Below, piece after piece: positions 59,448-64,000 of a stretch of 64,000 nt of DNA. The DNA is from a virus (Duplodnaviria; Caudoviricetes). The notes under the pieces are model-generated. The model saw only the letters and a program-made list of their open reading frames with translations. It was not told where the DNA came from and did no database searches. The position numbers and the translations under genes are program-made. The stretch lies in the IMG/VR virus record IMGVR_UViG_3300021431_000075, positions 480,001 through 544,000 of that record. The stretch is one strand, 5' to 3'. The stretch's first letter is position 1; each line of letters begins with the position of its first letter.

Positions 59448-59478
59448 ATTTTACAAAAAAAATGCCGAAAAGTTTAAA
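59448..59478 (-). promoter_or_regulatory. Phage class-II promoter TTTAAAC-N18-TAAAAT
   Basis: Upstream of the polB N-fragment gene. Confidence 0.7.
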
Positions 59479-59530
59479 ATAAAAAAGACAGAAATCAAAA
59501 TTTCATTGAAAACTGTCTTTTGCTTAATAG

Positions 59531-60679
59531 TTATTTCTTGTCTTTTGCTGTTTTTGAAGCAGTTGATGACTTTGATTTTGCTTTGCTTGACGCAGGTTTC
59601 TTCTTTGTAGCAGGTTTCTTTGCAGGAGACTTTGGCTTTGGTTTTGATGAAGTTGCTGCTGGTTTCTTTTCTTCAACCGGCTTTTCAACTTCAACTGGCT
59701 TTTCAACTTCAACTGGCTTTTGATCTTCAACTGGCTTTTGTTCTTCAACCGGCTTTTGTTCTTCAACCGGCTTTTGTTCTTCAACCGGCTTTTGTTCTTC
59801 AACCTGTTCTTTTTCCAGCGCTTCTGCTTCTTCAAGCATCTGAAGCATGTCAAGAGATTCTGCTGTGAATGGGTCGAGTTGTTCTTCGACTGGTTCTTCT
59901 GCTTTCGGAACCTCGATTTCCACTTTGTTCGGTTCTTCTTGTTCGGAAACCTCTTCAATGACGGCAGCATCTTCTATTGTTGCCACGACCGGTTCTTCTT
60001 CAATCTGTTCTTCTTCAACTGTTTCAGCAGTATCATCAACCCCAACAACTTTATCATCTTCTTCAATGTCATCATCAGTTCCGATGAAATCCCTTATCGC
60101 GTCAGCCATGTCTATTTCAGGCTTTTTGAAATCAACCGGAGCTGCTGGAGCATCTTGTGCTTGTGCCTCTATTTCCTTTATCTGTTCTGGAGTAAGCATC
60201 GTGGATTCTATGGTCTCGCTCTTGCGTGCCTGCTTTATCTTCATCGCTCTCCTGATTTTAGCAAGAGTGTCCTCAATTGAGTTCGCAGGATGCTCGACAA
60301 CCTTGATTCCAGCAGCCTTGTTGCTGCTCTTGTACGGTTCGTTCTCCAGACTTGTATGTTCGTCGAACTCGTCTTCCATCTGCTCGATTCTGTCCTGCCA
60401 GTTCTTGTAGTAGTCTTTCTGGTCGTTTATAATCTGATTCTCCTTAATCTTCATATATGCTTGCGCAGCATTGACATTATGGTTCATCCCTGTTATCACA
60501 TTAGGAACTCCGGTTTCCCAAGTTCCTTCTGTCGGACGCTCCACTACTCCGGAACCGTACTTCTGGTTCGGTCTATAGCTGTTGAAACTGCGGAAATAGT
60601 CTCCCCAGTCGTCAATCATATTGACTCTTGTCGTTGTCGGACCTGATGACAACGGAACATTTTTCTTCTTATTAGTCAT
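59531..60679 (-). CDS. Low-complexity protein: acidic region, (PVEEQK)n repeat and histone-H1-like basic tail
   Basis: 382-aa ORF with a K/A/P/S-rich C-terminus. Confidence 0.75.
   Translation of the reverse strand: MTNKKKNVPLSSGPTTTRVNMIDDWGDYFRSFNSYRPNQKYGSGVVERPTEGTWETGVPNVITGMNHNVNAAQAYMKIKENQIINDQKDYYKNWQDRIEQMEDEFDEHTSLENEPYKSSNKAAGIKVVEHPANSIEDTLAKIRRAMKIKQARKSETIESTMLTPEQIKEIEAQAQDAPAAPVDFKKPEIDMADAIRDFIGTDDDIEEDDKVVGVDDTAETVEEEQIEEEPVVATIEDAAVIEEVSEQEEPNKVEIEVPKAEEPVEEQLDPFTAESLDMLQMLEEAEALEKEQVEEQKPVEEQKPVEEQKPVEEQKPVEDQKPVEVEKPVEVEKPVEEKKPAATSSKPKPKSPAKKPATKKKPASSKAKSKSSTASKTAKDKK
59670..59805. repeat. 18-bp coding tandem repeat (KPVEEQ/KPVEVE)
   Basis: ttcttcaaccggcttttg-type units, about 7 copies. 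Confidence 0.9.
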
Positions 60680-60714
60680 TGCAATTAGTTTTAATTTTTC
60701 TTTATTGTTGGTTG

Positions 60715-61209
60715 TTATTTGAGGTACTTCTTGAACTTGTCAACAATCGGTTTCCAGTTGATTTCCTCTGTCTTGTAAACTTTCTTGAAGCAATGGAGAA
60801 TCGTATAGAAGAAGTCAATGACCTCGTCCATCGTCTTGAAGATGATTCTTGTGCTGATATAAGGATTTCCCATGCCGTTATCTATCAGGTCGAATCCGAT
60901 GTTCGGGTATTTGGTATCCTTAATCATTTTAATCAGTTTCTCGGTCTTGTTCTCGCCAAGAGAAGTGTTCATCAAGTCGAAATCATTCTTCGTGAGCTTG
61001 ATGGAAGAAAGAGGAACCGGCGCGAAAGTTCCGTTGTTGTCGTATTTCTTGTATGCTTTCGGACCGAGAACGTTCATGATGAAGTCTTTTCTACTCTCCT
61101 TTGACTTCTCTTCCGCTCTCTGCAGTGCCTTCGTGTTCTTGATGAGCTGGTTCATCTGCTCTGTGCTGTCGAAGTAAGATTCGACAAGCATGTGTATATA
61201 CTTGTTCAT
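60715..61209 (-). CDS. Hypothetical protein (N-terminal LVESYFD motif)
   Basis: 164-aa ORF. Confidence 0.7.
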   Translation of the reverse strand: MNKYIHMLVESYFDSTEQMNQLIKNTKALQRAEEKSKESRKDFIMNVLGPKAYKKYDNNGTFAPVPLSSIKLTKNDFDLMNTSLGENKTEKLIKMIKDTKYPNIGFDLIDNGMGNPYISTRIIFKTMDEVIDFFYTILHCFKKVYKTEEINWKPIVDKFKKYLK

Positions 61210-61221
61210 TGTCGTTCAATT

Positions 61222-62217
61222 TTAAAATTCATTTCCTAAAATCCCGCTTGTTGAGATTCTCCTGTCTGCTCCGCTGTTGTTGTCGGAAACCACGAGATAT
61301 TTCTCGTAGCCGATGGTTAGTTTCACGATGAACTTCCTGACCAAATCCTCATATTCGCCAGAATAGTATTCATCGTCATAATCATCGCTTGCTCTGTACT
61401 CGTCTCTTGCGCTGTCGATTGCGTCAACAAGGGCAAGCAGGTCTTTCCAAGAAGATATGATGATAGATGGTTCTATTGAAACTTCATCGTCAGAATCAAA
61501 CTCAATTACAGCATCATTATGACCGTACATCTCGCATATCATCTTGACAAACTCGATGTCGAACTCGTCTGTTCCTGTCATAATCTCTGCAAGACCGGAG
61601 TCCGTCTTGATTGAAGTTATCTCGCAGAAGTCATCTTCATACTTGTGGTTGTAGAATTTGTCGTCGTAGTACTTTGCCTCATAGTCTGTGAACTTGTACT
61701 CGTCGATGAGTCGTTCCCTTGCTTCGATTTCTTCAGGGTCGTTCATCTTCTCTATCTCGCTTTCCTGCAGTCTCAATGCAGACCATCCGAATTTCCTGTG
61801 AAAGTCGTTCTTGAATTCCTTTTCCATAATCTTGACTGTCTTTGGCATCAGGGCGACACGCTTCATCGTCTTGGAGTCGAATATCCAGACAAACTTCAGT
61901 GATGTGCCGCTGTTGTCTCTATATGTGAAGTTGCATATCGTCCCCTTGTGCTTCTTCTGGTCTCCGGCTCCGATGCCGGTAACAATGTCTCCGATATGCA
62001 TCTGTCCGTCATAAATCTTGTCATACTTCTTCTTCTGGTCCTTGTCGTTTCCTCTTTGAGAGAGATTCGTTGACAATGGAACAAGATTGTACTGGAAGCC
62101 CCAGTTGTACGGAGTCTCTCCATAAGGAGAGTTGATTCCGTAACCGTAGCCTTCAAGCATTTTGTTCACCTGACTGTATATCTTGTCTTGTATGTTATCT
62201 TTGATGGACATTGACAA
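61222..62217 (-). CDS. Hypothetical protein
   Basis: 331-aa ORF; internal LRLQES motif separates a basic half from an acidic half. Confidence 0.7.
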   Translation of the reverse strand: MSMSIKDNIQDKIYSQVNKMLEGYGYGINSPYGETPYNWGFQYNLVPLSTNLSQRGNDKDQKKKYDKIYDGQMHIGDIVTGIGAGDQKKHKGTICNFTYRDNSGTSLKFVWIFDSKTMKRVALMPKTVKIMEKEFKNDFHRKFGWSALRLQESEIEKMNDPEEIEARERLIDEYKFTDYEAKYYDDKFYNHKYEDDFCEITSIKTDSGLAEIMTGTDEFDIEFVKMICEMYGHNDAVIEFDSDDEVSIEPSIIISSWKDLLALVDAIDSARDEYRASDDYDDEYYSGEYEDLVRKFIVKLTIGYEKYLVVSDNNSGADRRISTSGILGNEF

Positions 62218-62253
62218 CTGATGCTTTTTGATAGTTGTTAAATTGCTGATTTT

Positions 62254-62802
62254 TTAGTCGTTCGGCTTGCAGATTCTGAACAAATATACATACTTGTGAA
62301 TAGTCTCAATGAATCCGGAAGTGGCATTTCTACATCCTTCGTACTCGATGTCATCGGTGTGACACTGGAACCAGTTGTTCACGCAAATCTTGAGCTCGTT
62401 GATGATTTCAAGCGGATTCTCTGAAATCGGAAGTTCAATCTTGTTGAACTGCTTGTTGTTTGCAGAGAACTGACCGATAATCGACTGGATGTTCTCGGCA
62501 ATAGTGTCGATATATTCTGACAACTCTTCGAAGAATTCGTCGATTGCCTTGTGCATAGACATGTTCTCCGCTGCCCAGTGAAGAATCTGGAACTTCTCCT
62601 TGAATGCTATCAACTTTGTAACATACAGAATGTCATCGCATTGCTGTTCTGTGCAACCGATTTCCTTGCAGTCGTCGCACACGCATTTCACGTCAGCGAC
62701 ATACTGAACTTCCTCAGGAGTTATATTCTGCGTGATGTAACGAACTGCTTCCTTTGACATCAGCGGAGAATACTGTGGATTGTTGTATTGGTCCATTATC
62801 AA
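62254..62802 (-). CDS. Ferritin/Dps-like four-helix protein (DUF5856-like)
   Basis: ILHW......HKAIDEF.E.L....D..AE ... K.VYL; GATAAATA at 62866-62873. Confidence 0.7.
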   Translation of the reverse strand: MIMDQYNNPQYSPLMSKEAVRYITQNITPEEVQYVADVKCVCDDCKEIGCTEQQCDDILYVTKLIAFKEKFQILHWAAENMSMHKAIDEFFEELSEYIDTIAENIQSIIGQFSANNKQFNKIELPISENPLEIINELKICVNNWFQCHTDDIEYEGCRNATSGFIETIHKYVYLFRICKPND

Positions 62803-62909
62803 AAATGATTATTTTTCAATGTTCAACTTGCGATAAATTGCCGCATAGAATTGTATATTATAAGATATTTATCTTTGCGGAAAACAATCGCTGATTTCTT
62901 GACAACAAA

Positions 62910-62941
62910 AAGAGCGGAAACTCTATTGAAGTTCCGCTCTT
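62910..62941 (-). terminator. Rho-independent terminator after the tail sheath gene
   Basis: AAGAGCGGAA...TTCCGCTCTT. Confidence 0.75.
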
Positions 62942-62964
62942 CCAAAATATTATAATTTCTAAAA

Positions 62965-64000
62965 TTATGCTGGAATATCTGTATGCTTGCGCAGACGGAT
63001 TCTGTTCACGATTCTCTCCATTCCGTGACCGACTACCACGTTGATGTCAACGATACCGAGATACTGGTCGATGATTTCGGCGGTGTTGTTTGTCTCGTCG
63101 CAGATGAGCTCGTACCAGTCGATTGCGCCGGAAAGCTTCATTGCCTCGAGAATCGGAGTGATTGCAGTCACGATTGAAGCGCGAGTCTGCGGGTTGTTGT
63201 ACTTGAAGTTGTAAGTCTTAAGTACGTTGTACACTGCGATTTCAAGAGTGTTGAGAGTTTCACGGGTATTCAGCTTGTTGAAGTCTGACTTCGTCTCCTG
63301 ATAGCAAGTCTGGTTTCCGTAAATCTTGATGAGGTTGTTCTCGCGGATGAGAGAGTTGATGCCGATTGGCTCCAGATAGTCTCTATCTTCCGTATCGAGG
63401 TCGCATTCAAGACCGATAACCTTGTTGTTGCTGATGACGCCGTCCATGTTAGCCACGATTGCATAAGGGTCGCCGCCCTGGAACTTGTGCATGAACGTGT
63501 TGGAAATGTCAGCTGCAGGCGGAACGATGATGTTATGACCGTTCTCCCTGTAAATCAGGTGAGGGAAGAACACTGCGCTGTACTTGGAACCGTTTGCCTC
63601 AGTGTTGATGACACTGAACATCTTGGTGCTGTACATGTCAGGGTTTCCGCCTTCAGCGATGTACTTGGTGCTGAACGATGGCTTAACATAAGTGTTCGCG
63701 TCATATGTAGCGCAGAAGCAAGGGTCGCTTGAAATCTCGAACTGATGCTTGCTTGGAGCATTGAGAAGAGCAGTCGTCTTTTCTCTGTTGTATGCGAGAC
63801 GTGCAAGATAGACCTTGCCGCCAAGGTTGTCATCAAGACCGTATGACATGGAGTCTACAATGTAGCGGTAGTCAACCATGTTGCTGTTGCAGAGACCTCT
63901 TTGGATTCCCTCGTCCTCAAGAACCGAGTAAATCTTCTTGATACCCTCGTTGATGCTGATTCTTCCGTTCTCGTCATAGCCCGGACGGTGACGTGCCGAT
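62965..64000 (-). CDS. Contractile tail sheath protein, C-terminal part (5' end outside the window)
   Basis: VPPAA, DRDYL...GINSL, IYGNQT, LN.RE, F..N...TR, CDETNNT.EIID; frame open to the window edge. Confidence 0.9.
   Translation of the reverse strand, partial: SARHRPGYDENGRISINEGIKKIYSVLEDEGIQRGLCNSNMVDYRYIVDSMSYGLDDNLGGKVYLARLAYNREKTTALLNAPSKHQFEISSDPCFCATYDANTYVKPSFSTKYIAEGGNPDMYSTKMFSVINTEANGSKYSAVFFPHLIYRENGHNIIVPPAADISNTFMHKFQGGDPYAIVANMDGVISNNKVIGLECDLDTEDRDYLEPIGINSLIRENNLIKIYGNQTCYQETKSDFNKLNTRETLNTLEIAVYNVLKTYNFKYNNPQTRASIVTAITPILEAMKLSGAIDWYELICDETNNTAEIIDQYLGIVDINVVVGHGMERIVNRIRLRKHTDIPA

Noticed and set aside
59524-60410. Overlapping ORFs with LKNKSR/QPAFVL/FFNRLL repeats
   Set aside because: Frame shadows of the 18-bp repeat in 59531-60679.
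1-64000. Stop-codon reassignment (TAG to Gln, as in Lak megaphages)
   Set aside because: Conserved genes are full length and coding density is high under the standard code; TAG ends genes at plausible positions (e.g. 12210, 16923, 18577, 56930).

Overview
This 64-kb window is densely coding and mostly minus-strand. It comes from a large T4-like/jumbo myophage, most likely infecting a Bacteroidota host such as Prevotella: it carries TAnnTTTG host promoters and Bacteroidota-type DUF1599 and M13 peptidase genes. It encodes replication/recombination genes (UvsX/RecA, gp41-like helicase, RNase H/5'-3' exonuclease, family-B DNA polymerase) and virion genes (tail sheath, baseplate hub/tail chaperone, several fibre-like proteins). 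Accessory genes include lysis genes, ClpX, an M13 peptidase, MTA/SAH nucleosidase, an adenine methyltransferase, a MoxR-type AAA+/VWA-metallopeptidase pair, a GIY-YIG-like repeat protein and one tRNA-Pro(CGG). Highlights: (1) the DNA polymerase is fractured at its catalytic GDTD|S motif into two genes carrying complementary halves of a natural Ser1/Ser+1 split intein, with an orphan ORF between them; the exonuclease and motif A part is missing, implying at least a three-gene polymerase. (2) Three promoter classes can be read from the DNA: host TAnnTTTG, a phage-specific TTTAAAC-N18-TA(T/A)A(C/A)(T/C) element with invariant spacing at 8 sites, and a GATAAATA late element at 13 sites. (3) There is a candidate +1 frameshift (AAC TTT CGC) in the baseplate hub/tail-chaperone gene. 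(4) A set of proteins carries [L/I/V]-x-E motifs that resemble prohead-protease sites. All functional calls come from motif recognition by eye; no database searches were run.
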